Shown here in pieces: positions 7,946-16,267 of a DNA stretch of 24,000 nucleotides (its first letter is position 1; each line of letters begins with the position of its first letter). The notes beneath the pieces were generated by a model that was given only the letters and a program-made list of their open reading frames with translations, was not told the DNA's origin and ran no database searches. The position numbers and the translations under genes are program-made. Origin of the DNA: Leptonema illini DSM 21528 (GTDB taxonomy: Bacteria > Spirochaetota > Leptospiria > Leptospirales > Leptonemataceae); the NCBI RefSeq assembly GCF_000243335.1, contig NZ_JH597773.1:3008156-3032155 (forward strand), given 5' to 3'.

Positions 7946-9521
7946 TCTCTCGTCAGAATGGGCCTTTGCCCTCTCGGTCATTCTTGCGACCTTCATCGCC
8001 GAAGACGCTACGTTAATCGCCGTCGGCCTTGCCATCGGCTCGGGCATCGTCTCGCCTGTAACGGGGCTCGTTTCGGCCTTCACCGGCGTCCTTCTTGGCG
8101 ATACGGGCCTCTGGGTAACGGGGCGCTTTCTACAAAAAACGGGCATGCTTCAACGATGGCAGAGCTTCCGTACGGCATCTGAAAAAGGCGGGGCGATGCT
8201 TGCACGTCATTCGGGCAAGATGATTCTCGCCGCACGCTTTGTTCCGGGATTGCGTCTTCCCGTATATCTTGCGGCGGGATTTTTACATGCAAACGACCGG
8301 AAGAAAGGCCGCCTTTCATCATTTATCATGTTTGCCGCACTCGCAGTGATGCTCTGGACGCCTCTGCTTGTCGGACTTTCGGCTATGCTTGGTGTGGCTG
8401 CGGCCGAAACTTTACAGAGATACTCGTATCTTACGCTTCTTCCGCTTCTATCTGTCGCAATCGTTCCTGTTGTCCGTCTTTCTCGCAAAGGCATCGCCAG
8501 CTGGAAGCGATTTGAGTTCTGGCCTGCATGGATCTTCTATGCTCCCGTCGTTCCCTACATCATATATCAGAGCTTACGCTCCGGCGGATTCGGCGCCGTC
8601 GCAGCGGCTAACCCTTCTATTCCGGGAGGCGGCATCGTCGGCGAATCTAAATTCCAGATTCTGTCTTTGATTCCCGAACATCGCTCCCTTCGAGCTCATT
8701 TCATCGCAGCCGATGCAGATCGAGAGAATTCTATCGATACGGCGATCGCCTCGAAGGCCTTTGATTTTCCCGCGATCATGAAACCCGATGCCTCACAGCG
8801 AGGGGCATCCGTACGTATCCTACAGAATCGCGAACAGATGATCGACTATGTGAAGACTACGCCGGGAGACGTTTTGATTCAGGAGTATCATGCCGGCCCC
8901 GGAGAGGTGGGTATCTTTTATATCAGAGATCCCGACCACGAATCGGGAAGCATCTTTTCAATCACGGGTAAGATCTTTCCCTCAATCCAGGGAGACGGCC
9001 AGAAGACCCTGCGCGAACTCATCGAATCGCACGAGCGCTATCGCTTTCAGAAGTCGGTCTTCTTTGAGCGGTTCAAGGACCGTCTGCATACCGTTCCCGA
9101 AAACGGCATAACGGTTTCGCTCGGGCGGGTGGGTAACCATTGTCAGGGCACGCTCTTCTACGATCGCAGCGATCTGATCACGCCCGAGCTAACGATGGCC
9201 GTCGATGCTATGGCCCGATCGATGAACGGCTTCTACTTCGGGCGATTTGATATTCGTTTCGAATCGGAACAGGCCCTGAAAGCAGGGCAGGACTTCTACG
9301 TCGTCGAAGCAAACGGCGTCACCTCGGAGTCCACGAATCTGTACGATCCTTCGTTCTCTCTCTTGCAGGCATACTCCATATTGTTCAAGCAATGGAAGGC
9401 TCTTTTTACGATCGCTCGCAAGAATCGCAGACGAGGCCTTCCCGGAGTCAGCATAATCCGGATCGCCCGGGAAACGCTACATTACTACAGAAACAGAGAA
9501 TTCACGGCGGCATCGGACTGA
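7935..9521 (+). CDS. Fusion protein: N-terminal DedA/VTT membrane domain plus C-terminal ATP-grasp carboxylate-amine ligase domain
   Basis: I prefer ATG 7935 (AGGAG at 7922-7926, 8 nt upstream), which overlaps the NRDE gene by 11 nt. DedA/VTT motifs: FIAEDATLIAVG, LLGDTGLWVTGRF, AARFVPGLRLPVYLAAG. ATP-grasp motifs: FPAIMKPDASQRGASVRIL, VLIQEYHAGPGEVGIFY, FGRFDIRFES...DFYVVEANGVTSEST. The ATP-grasp subfamily cannot be resolved by eye. Confidence 0.8.
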   Translation: MPPDLSSEWAFALSVILATFIAEDATLIAVGLAIGSGIVSPVTGLVSAFTGVLLGDTGLWVTGRFLQKTGMLQRWQSFRTASEKGGAMLARHSGKMILAARFVPGLRLPVYLAAGFLHANDRKKGRLSSFIMFAALAVMLWTPLLVGLSAMLGVAAAETLQRYSYLTLLPLLSVAIVPVVRLSRKGIASWKRFEFWPAWIFYAPVVPYIIYQSLRSGGFGAVAAANPSIPGGGIVGESKFQILSLIPEHRSLRAHFIAADADRENSIDTAIASKAFDFPAIMKPDASQRGASVRILQNREQMIDYVKTTPGDVLIQEYHAGPGEVGIFYIRDPDHESGSIFSITGKIFPSIQGDGQKTLRELIESHERYRFQKSVFFERFKDRLHTVPENGITVSLGRVGNHCQGTLFYDRSDLITPELTMAVDAMARSMNGFYFGRFDIRFESEQALKAGQDFYVVEANGVTSESTNLYDPSFSLLQAYSILFKQWKALFTIARKNRRRGLPGVSIIRIARETLHYYRNREFTAASD

Positions 9522-9575
9522 CGCCCGGGCCCAAAACCCAGGGAGGATTGCAGGACCGGCTCTCAGGAGGAGTGT

Positions 9576-10322
9576 ATGAAAACAGAATTGAAACAGGCAT
9601 ATATTGCGCGAACCGAAGCGGAGCGTTATGCCGCCAGCCGACTGCGTCATGAGGTTTTCGCCGTCGAACAGGGAAGAGGAACAAGCGGGGGCGAAGACGG
9701 CCTTGATCGAGACCGATTCGACGACCATTGCGAGCATCTTATCGTGCCACATCCCGATAGAGCCGATACCGTGATCGGCACCTACCGCATCCTTCTTTCA
9801 GACGTGGCCGAGGCCGGGCCGGGCTACTACTCCGAGACGGAGTTCGATATGAGCGGCATACGAGCGTTACCCATACGCAAAGCAGAGATCGGACGCAGCT
9901 GCGTTCATCCTGATTTTCGCGACGGCAGCGTTATCCGACTTTTGTGGAGCGGCCTTGTTCGATTCATGCAGGAATCCGACGTCGGCTGCTTTATGGGCTG
10001 CGGCTCATTAACAGGTCAGGATGTCGAGCTTGCCGAGATCACATACGCCTGCTTTCGTGATGCGGGTCGCGTCATCTCGGGCAATGCGGTTCGTCCGGTT
10101 CCCGAGGCGGCGCTGCCCGGATTCCGAACCGATATCAGACCTGACGATGCAAAAGCAGCGATGAGACGTATGCCACCGCTGATGAAAGGCTATCTGCGAG
10201 CAGGGGCCTGTATTGCGGGCCCTCCGGCCTGCGATCGGGTATTCGGAAGCATCGATTTCTTTCTGATCTTCTTTCCCGCATCGGGGAATTCAGAATATAA
10301 AAAGCATTTCGGACTGACGTAG
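9576..10322 (+). CDS. GNAT-fold N-acyltransferase of the OlsB/FeeM (N-acyl amino acid synthase, 'putative hemolysin') type
   Basis: AGGAGG at 9565-9570 sits 5 nt before the ATG. The pattern is LRHEVFAVEQGRG...DRDRFDDHCEHLIV...VIGTYRIL...YYSETEFDM...EIGRSCVHPDFRDGSVIRLLWSGL, the layout of acyl-ACP-dependent amino acid N-acyltransferases. Confidence 0.7.
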   Translation: MKTELKQAYIARTEAERYAASRLRHEVFAVEQGRGTSGGEDGLDRDRFDDHCEHLIVPHPDRADTVIGTYRILLSDVAEAGPGYYSETEFDMSGIRALPIRKAEIGRSCVHPDFRDGSVIRLLWSGLVRFMQESDVGCFMGCGSLTGQDVELAEITYACFRDAGRVISGNAVRPVPEAALPGFRTDIRPDDAKAAMRRMPPLMKGYLRAGACIAGPPACDRVFGSIDFFLIFFPASGNSEYKKHFGLT

Positions 10323-10329
10323 CGAGCCG

Positions 10330-11640
10330 TCACACGCGCAATCGAAAGGCGCTTACGGGCTGATCGTTACCCTTCACCTTCATGGGTTCAAGCGCCTCGA
10401 ATCGTAAACCATGAGCGGCACCGGGATCACCTTCGGCTAACGTCAGAACTTTTTCGTAAGTGGTCTGGTCGCAATAAATCGAATCAGAGGCCTGCATGAG
10501 TCGGGCGGCAAGGTTCACGACGTTACCGTGCATCGTGTATTCGCTGCGAATCTCGTTACCCATCGGACCGACAAAGACGACTCCGGTGCCGATGCCGATG
10601 ACGGCCTTATGCCCCATCTCGCCGAGCTCGGTGAAGATATCGCGAGCCGAAAGCAGGGCGCGCACGGCGTCGTCAGGATGATCGAGAGGCGGTAATCCGA
10701 AGGCGGCGAGAATGACCGTACCCTTTTCCTCAATCCCGAAACGATTGATGGCTCCCTCATGACGGTACAGACCGTCCTGCACCTTGCGCATCACGCGATG
10801 GACCTCTTCAATCGGCAGCTCGGCCGTATGCCATTCAAGAATCCGAATAAAAAGAACGGTTACCGTGCGCACCTCGAAAGCGGCGGAGCCGCCGCGGCCC
10901 TCTTCTATGAGATTGATGATACGTCGCGGAATAAAGCAACGCAACGCCTTCTCACAACCGGGCTGTAAGGCGGGGATGGCAAGAGGACCCGGTGCTTCGG
11001 CCTCCGGACGGTGCTCGACAAGAAGTCGATTGCCTTCCCGATGCCCCGCCTTCATTGAGCGGATCATACGCGCCGCCTGGGGCGAGATCACGACCTGGCC
11101 TGGCTCGGCCTGCTTTTGCGCCCGGCCCACCTGGTCGACGGCATCGCCACCGATCAGAAACTCCCAGCGGTCGTACAGGCCGCCAACCATCTGGGCAAGC
11201 AGCGGTCCGGCGCCGACTCCGATACGCAAAGAAAGCTCCATGCCTGAACCGATCTTCGTTCTGTCGAGCTGGCGCTGTAGCTCCAGGCCGCAATGAGCGG
11301 CGCGCAGGGTCATCTGAGCCAGCTCCTTTTCTGAGGTGGCAGGCCAGACGGCGATCAGGGCATCACCGGCAAATTTCAGAATATCACCGCCGAATTCGTC
11401 GATGATGTCGATCTGGCGGCTGAGATACAGGTTTACGATATCGGCGAGTTCGATCAGGCCATTGGAGGATAGCTTCATAATCCTCTCAGTCAGAGAGGTA
11501 AAGCCGGCCATATCGGCGAAAAGCGCTGCTCCGACGATGCTCTCGGCCACAGGACGCTCGGGAGGGGCCGGATGTTCGACGAGATGTTCGAGAACCAGGC
11601 GAGGTGCATATTTGTGTAGCTTATTCAGGAATTCTGACAT
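10330..11640 (-). CDS. Soluble class III nucleotidyl cyclase with two tandem cyclase homology domains (sAC-like pseudo-heterodimer)
   Basis: I prefer ATG 11640 (MSEFLNK...). CHD1 keeps both metal Asp residues (AALFADMAGFT; KFAGDALIAVW) but lacks the Asn of the Asn/Arg pair (GGDAVDQVGRAQ). CHD2 has lost the metal Asp residues (VTVLFIRILEW; EEKGTVILAAFG) but keeps the Asn/Arg pair (EYTMHGNVVNLAARLMQA), with Thr at the position of the adenine-specifying Asp. Confidence 0.85.
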   Translation of the reverse strand: MSEFLNKLHKYAPRLVLEHLVEHPAPPERPVAESIVGAALFADMAGFTSLTERIMKLSSNGLIELADIVNLYLSRQIDIIDEFGGDILKFAGDALIAVWPATSEKELAQMTLRAAHCGLELQRQLDRTKIGSGMELSLRIGVGAGPLLAQMVGGLYDRWEFLIGGDAVDQVGRAQKQAEPGQVVISPQAARMIRSMKAGHREGNRLLVEHRPEAEAPGPLAIPALQPGCEKALRCFIPRRIINLIEEGRGGSAAFEVRTVTVLFIRILEWHTAELPIEEVHRVMRKVQDGLYRHEGAINRFGIEEKGTVILAAFGLPPLDHPDDAVRALLSARDIFTELGEMGHKAVIGIGTGVVFVGPMGNEIRSEYTMHGNVVNLAARLMQASDSIYCDQTTYEKVLTLAEGDPGAAHGLRFEALEPMKVKGNDQPVSAFRLRV

Positions 11641-11864
11641 CCGACCCGCCTGGATTCTGAGACAGGAAATCCGCACTTCGCAGGCTTTGCAACTGTTATC
11701 GGCTCTTTGATGGGCAATACTGCAGAGGTCCGATGAAAAATGTTCGCAGAAAAAAGATTGGAAAACAGTCGGCTGAGACCGGAAAAGAAAAACGCCAGTA
11801 AAGGGGAAAAACGATCGACCTACCCCTTCGTTTTATTTGAATCTTCCTTCAGGATAAGAGCTAT

Positions 11865-13673
11865 ATGGATTTTCCGCAGATAGACTTCCGCAGGCTGACC
11901 ATCCGTACAGAAATCTACACGCACCTTCTTCCCATCCCGATCTACACCTACTATGCGATGCTTGCATCGGATTTCGATCCGGATTTTCTTATCTCTGTTG
12001 GTATTGGAGCGACTATCGGCGCTACCATAGCGGCCACGATTGGTGTGCTCAGCCGATATCTGTACTCGAAGCGCATTAACGCCAGACTGCGCCGGTTTGT
12101 CGAAGGTCAGGCAGAGGCCGGCACTGTTCTTTACTCTCTGCTTCGCGTCCCTGCCTTCGAGGCTGGCCTGTTCAGCTTTCGCTGGATTTTTGGCCTTGGA
12201 TGTGCCGTTCTGAGCATCCATCTACTGCGAGGCCTTACTCCGTTTCAGGCCTGGACCGTGCTCGGCTTTCTTCCCTTTACCCTGCCCATCAACGTGCTCG
12301 GTCCCTATCACATTGCCGAAGAGCAGATACGCGAGACTCTTTCCCATCGAGCATTGCTTGATCCGCGGCTGCAGGCCTCTGAGTTTCGAACGAATTCCTT
12401 TTTTCTGCGCACGCTTCTCATTGCCGGCGCTGTCGCATTCACGCCGGCCGGCATGCTGGGAATCCTGCTGTATATCGTTGCAAGCGGTCACATATCCATC
12501 TCGCATCCGCTGTTGCATCTTGCCGTAATCTTTCCTCTTTACGGAATATCTGTCATTTACATGATTCGCCTGGCAACGGCAGCTTCGCGGCGTGCCCTGC
12601 AATCGCTGGGAGACGGCCTTGCGCGCGTCAGCGACGGTAACCTGAGTATCAGATTACCCGTAACGGGCAGAGATGAGATCGGCCTTCTCAGCCATTATGC
12701 AGACGGGCTGGCTTCAGAGATGCGTAAGGTGGTCGGCTTCGTGCAGGAACAATCTCGACATCAACTTCACTACGCCACACAGCTACGCAACGAAGGGGAA
12801 CAGCTTTTACAGGGAACACAGAGATCGACGACCGAGAGCGGCCGTATTCTGAGCGATCTCGCTCGCCTCGAAGAACTCGGACGGAGCATTGACGCCTCTG
12901 CGCGATCGCAGGCGGATCGCATACGGGAAACCGACCGCCGCATCGGGCTTTTCAGCGAAGAGATGCAAAAGGCCTCTCAGGAAGCAGAAGAGCGCGAACG
13001 AACCAATCGCCTGATGGAGCAGACGGCTCATGATGTAACGGAAAAGGGAGAGCAGCTATTTGAGCAGGCACGTCATGTTATCGACGAAATCGGGCAGAGC
13101 ACCGATCAAATCAGAAGCATCATAGAGACGATCGGCGAAGTGGCGGATCGCGTTAACCTGCTCTCGCTGAACGCTTCGATTGAAGCGGCCCGCGCCGGAG
13201 AACATGGCCGGGGTTTTGCCGTCGTCGCCTCTGAGGTTTCGAAATTAGCCGATCGCACACAGGAGAGCACAAAGGAAATATCGTCGGCCGTCTCGCGATC
13301 GGTATCAAGTACGGAGCGAGGGCTTCAGGCGCTTGACGAACTCTCGCTGTCTTTTGACGAAGGCATGTCTCTCATCCGCACCTATGCTACGTTTTCCACT
13401 GAGCTGGTGCGTCGACTGCAGAAGCATGCCGCAGAAAACGCCGAGATGCGAAGCGACGTCGCCGAGCTTGTAAGGCTTGCCGAGTCCATCTCGCAGGCCA
13501 CGCAAGAACAATCACAGAAGCAATCCACCGTGCGCGATGCCGTAAAAGAACTGGGGCAGATCGAAGGCCACGCTGCGGAGCTGGCCGCTCAGCTCAGTCA
13601 GATGGCCTCGCTGCTTGGAGAACAGGCCGACGAATTCAATCGAAGGATCGGTCGCTACAGCGCCTCTGATTGA
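11865..13673 (+). CDS. Methyl-accepting chemotaxis protein with a polytopic membrane N-terminus and a HAMP domain
   Basis: Highly conserved MCP hairpin-tip sequence [46 protein letters not shown]-like [39 protein letters not shown]. Several N-terminal TM helices. Confidence 0.9.
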   Translation: MDFPQIDFRRLTIRTEIYTHLLPIPIYTYYAMLASDFDPDFLISVGIGATIGATIAATIGVLSRYLYSKRINARLRRFVEGQAEAGTVLYSLLRVPAFEAGLFSFRWIFGLGCAVLSIHLLRGLTPFQAWTVLGFLPFTLPINVLGPYHIAEEQIRETLSHRALLDPRLQASEFRTNSFFLRTLLIAGAVAFTPAGMLGILLYIVASGHISISHPLLHLAVIFPLYGISVIYMIRLATAASRRALQSLGDGLARVSDGNLSIRLPVTGRDEIGLLSHYADGLASEMRKVVGFVQEQSRHQLHYATQLRNEGEQLLQGTQRSTTESGRILSDLARLEELGRSIDASARSQADRIRETDRRIGLFSEEMQKASQEAEERERTNRLMEQTAHDVTEKGEQLFEQARHVIDEIGQSTDQIRSIIETIGEVADRVNLLSLNASIEAARAGEHGRGFAVVASEVSKLADRTQESTKEISSAVSRSVSSTERGLQALDELSLSFDEGMSLIRTYATFSTELVRRLQKHAAENAEMRSDVAELVRLAESISQATQEQSQKQSTVRDAVKELGQIEGHAAELAAQLSQMASLLGEQADEFNRRIGRYSASD

Positions 13674-13702
13674 CGCAGCGGATCGGCGAAAAAGCTTCGC
13701 CT

Positions 13703-14884
13703 ATGATCTCAGTCGGAACTCCGTCCTCATCCACCGCCACCAAGCTGCTGCTGCTCGGTTCGGGCGAACTTGGCCGTGAAGTCGCCATCGAGGCGATTCG
13801 CTTTGGAATCCATGTCGTCGCCTGCGACCGCTATGAAGGTGCGCCGGCCATGCAGGTGGCGCAGGAAAGGCGGGTCTTCTCGATGCTCGACGAAGAGGCC
13901 CTCAGACGCACGATTGAAGAGGTGCAGCCGGCCCTGATCGTCCCTGAAATCGAGGCCATCGCCACGCACGTTCTGCTTGAATACGAAGAAAAGGGCATGA
14001 CGGTTATTCCCACGGCAAAGGCCGCACGCCTTACGATGGATCGCGAAGGCATCCGTCGTTTTGCCGCCGAGACGCTCGCTCTGCCCGTTTCGCAATACCG
14101 CTTTGCCGGCACACGCGAAGAGTATGCGCAGGCGGTGCGTGAGATCGGCCTGCCCTGCGTCGTGAAGCCGGTGATGAGCTCTTCGGGCAAAGGGCAGAGT
14201 ATCGTACGCACGGAAGCCGAGATCGATAAGGCCTTTGATTATGCGCAGAGTGGAGGTCGCGCCGGAGCGGGCCGCATGATCGTCGAAGAGTTTATTCCCT
14301 TCGATTATGAGATCACTCTGTTAACCGTGCGCCATGAAGGCGGTACGTCCTTCTGTGAGCCGATCGGGCATCTGCAGATCGACGGTGATTACCGTGAGTC
14401 GTGGCAGCCGCAGCCGATGAGCGAGGCGGCGCTTGCGAAGGCAAAGCAGATCTCGGCGAAGCTTACGGAGGGACTGGGTGGACGCGGTATCTTCGGAGTG
14501 GAGCTTTTTGTAAAAGGCGATGACGTCTATTTCAGCGAGGTCTCACCCCGTCCGCATGATACGGGCATGGTGACTCTGATCTCGCAGGATCTGAGCGAGT
14601 TTGCGCTTCATGTGCGGGCCATTCTCGGTCTGCCCATTCCGGGCATTCGCCAGTTCGGACCGGCGGCCTCGGCCGTTATTCTGCCCGAAGGGAATAGCAG
14701 CAGCATGGTGTACGAGAATCTTGATGCCGCTCTGCGCGAAGTCGATACGGGGCTGCGCATCTTCGGCAAGCCGGAGATTCAGGGGCATCGCCGACTTGGC
14801 GTCGCCTTCGCTCTTGGCGCTACGATCGATGAGGCGCGAGCGAAGGCCCGTAATAGCGCCGCTCAGGTAAACGTGCGCATGTAG
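13703..14884 (+). CDS. purT: Formate-dependent phosphoribosylglycinamide formyltransferase (GAR transformylase 2)
   Basis: Near-colinear with E. coli PurT as I recall it: [118 protein letters not shown] prefer ATG 13703 over the TTG at 13670. Confidence 0.95.
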   Translation: MISVGTPSSSTATKLLLLGSGELGREVAIEAIRFGIHVVACDRYEGAPAMQVAQERRVFSMLDEEALRRTIEEVQPALIVPEIEAIATHVLLEYEEKGMTVIPTAKAARLTMDREGIRRFAAETLALPVSQYRFAGTREEYAQAVREIGLPCVVKPVMSSSGKGQSIVRTEAEIDKAFDYAQSGGRAGAGRMIVEEFIPFDYEITLLTVRHEGGTSFCEPIGHLQIDGDYRESWQPQPMSEAALAKAKQISAKLTEGLGGRGIFGVELFVKGDDVYFSEVSPRPHDTGMVTLISQDLSEFALHVRAILGLPIPGIRQFGPAASAVILPEGNSSSMVYENLDAALREVDTGLRIFGKPEIQGHRRLGVAFALGATIDEARAKARNSAAQVNVRM

Positions 14885-14955
14885 GAGATCGCCGACGGCG
14901 ATGAGAGCCGGTCGGGCCAGAGGTAAGGGATCTGTTTGGTGGCGCAGCAAAAGGG

Positions 14956-15594
14956 TTATCCGATCTCGCCGACAAACGGATTGGAACGGCGTTCTTCTGC
15001 GAAGGTCGACATCGGTCCATGGCCCGGAACGAACTGTATATCGTCGCCGAGCGTAAACAAACGCCCGCGAATCGATTCGATGAGCGCTTCGTAGCTGCCT
15101 CCTGGAAAATCCGTTCGCCCGATCGAGCCCGAGAAGAGAACGTCGCCGACCTGAGCCCAGCGCGCTTTTTCATCATAAAAAACGACATGGCCGGGCGTAT
15201 GCCCCGGACAATGGATAACGTGCAGGGTCTCTTCACCGAGCGTGACCGTTTCGCCATGAGACAGCCAGCGATCGGGTTGAAAATCGCCCGATTGTGGAAA
15301 GCCAAACATACGCGCCTGACCTGAAAGATTCTCCACCCAGTAACGATCCGCTTCATGCGGCCCTTCGATGATCGCCTTCGTTTTCTTCTGTAGCTCGGCC
15401 ACTCCGCCTACATGATCAAGATGTCCGTGCGTCACCCATATCTTCGTTATCTTTAATCCATCGGCCTGAGCCGCTTCGAGAATGCGATCGACCTCGCCGC
15501 CTGGATCGATGACGGCAGCCTCTTTCGTCTTCTCACACCAGAAGAGGGTACAGTTCTGTGCAAACGCAGTAACAGGAAGAACACGGAAGGCCAT
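14956..15594 (-). CDS. MBL-fold metallo-hydrolase (glyoxalase II / YcbL-like)
   Basis: THGHLDHVGG (HxHxDH motif), then HCPGHTPGHV, GDVLFSGSIGRTDFPGG and PGHGP. At 212 aa it has the size and layout of the short hydroxyacylglutathione hydrolase-like group. Confidence 0.85.
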   Translation of the reverse strand: MAFRVLPVTAFAQNCTLFWCEKTKEAAVIDPGGEVDRILEAAQADGLKITKIWVTHGHLDHVGGVAELQKKTKAIIEGPHEADRYWVENLSGQARMFGFPQSGDFQPDRWLSHGETVTLGEETLHVIHCPGHTPGHVVFYDEKARWAQVGDVLFSGSIGRTDFPGGSYEALIESIRGRLFTLGDDIQFVPGHGPMSTFAEERRSNPFVGEIG

Positions 15595-15623
15595 GATTCA
15601 GTAAACAAAAAAGCGGCCCACAA

Positions 15624-16160
15624 TCAAGCGGAAAGCGATCCGACCATCAGCTTTTCATGAAGCTTTTGTAGAGATGGAAAGGCCAGATCTTCGGAACGGA
15701 TTTCGGCGATATGGAGCAGATGCAACGAGAGCACTTCGGATCGATCGATCTTTAACCGCAACAGATCGTCGTTATCAATCGGACGATCCAGCTCAGCAAA
15801 GAAGAAGGCATCGGCCGTCGTGTATTCGACTCCGGCATAGAGGTAGGTATTCGAGAGCGAACAGAAATATGTCAGATGTACGGGCTCTTCACCGATCTCT
15901 TCAAGGCATTCGCGCCTCAATGCCTCTTCGAGCGTTTCTCCCGGATCGACGAATCCGCCGGGAACATCGAGCAAACCGTATCCGGGTTCGCGCGCACGTC
16001 TGAGAAAGAGAATGCGTTCGCCGCTGCGAATCAGCGCTCCGACGGCGGCGGCCGTATTCTGGAAGAATTCAAATCCGCATTGCTCGCAATGCAGGCGCTT
16101 TCCGTGTGTGAAGGTCGGCGATGGCGTACGGCAGGACGGACAATGCGCAAAGGGAGACAC
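15624..16160 (-). CDS. NUDIX hydrolase with an N-terminal zinc-ribbon
   Basis: CPSC...17 residues...CEQC zinc ribbon, then the Nudix box GGFVDPGETLEEALRRECLEEIGEE. It lies 29 nt upstream of the MBL-fold gene on the same strand, so the two are probably one operon. Confidence 0.85.
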   Translation of the reverse strand: MSPFAHCPSCRTPSPTFTHGKRLHCEQCGFEFFQNTAAAVGALIRSGERILFLRRAREPGYGLLDVPGGFVDPGETLEEALRRECLEEIGEEPVHLTYFCSLSNTYLYAGVEYTTADAFFFAELDRPIDNDDLLRLKIDRSEVLSLHLLHIAEIRSEDLAFPSLQKLHEKLMVGSLSA

Positions 16161-16267
16161 ACAGAAAGTATTCTCTGCGCGGCGAACAGGTCAATCAGAA
16201 CACAGACAGCCTGATCGTTCAGTGGTTTCTGAATTTACTAATTCCGTGGTATTCCAGAATCGGTCCA

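Noticed and set aside
4839-11640. The two class III cyclases, considered as cyclic-nucleotide anti-phage systems (Pycsar/CBASS-like).
   Set aside because: No adjacent effector is present (no cNMP-binding TM, TIR, nuclease or patatin gene). The catalytic residues look purine or adenine type, and the neighbours are housekeeping or redox genes.
11696-11703. Exact GCCGATAA (the sigma28/FliA -10 consensus) on the minus strand, about 55 nt upstream of the tandem cyclase start.
   Set aside because: There is no TAAA-type -35 element at the expected 15-16 nt spacing; I read CAGT there. A single 8-mer match is roughly expected by chance in 48 kb of two-strand sequence.
12006-12044. Near-tandem 12-nt periodicity encoding [13 protein letters not shown] in the MCP N-terminus.
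   Set aside because: It is a short in-frame Gly/Ala/Thr/Ile repeat within a TM helix. It is too short and imperfect to count as a meaningful DNA repeat.
14888-14902. Palindrome ATCGCCG-A-CGGCGAT between the convergent purT and MBL-fold genes.
   Set aside because: The loop is too small for a full hairpin and there is no U-tract on either strand. It may contribute to termination, but I cannot support that.
15624-16160. The zinc-ribbon NUDIX plus MBL-fold hydrolase pair, considered as a novel system.
   Set aside because: Both are common housekeeping-type families and the pairing has no distinguishing feature visible in the sequence. I treat it as ordinary.
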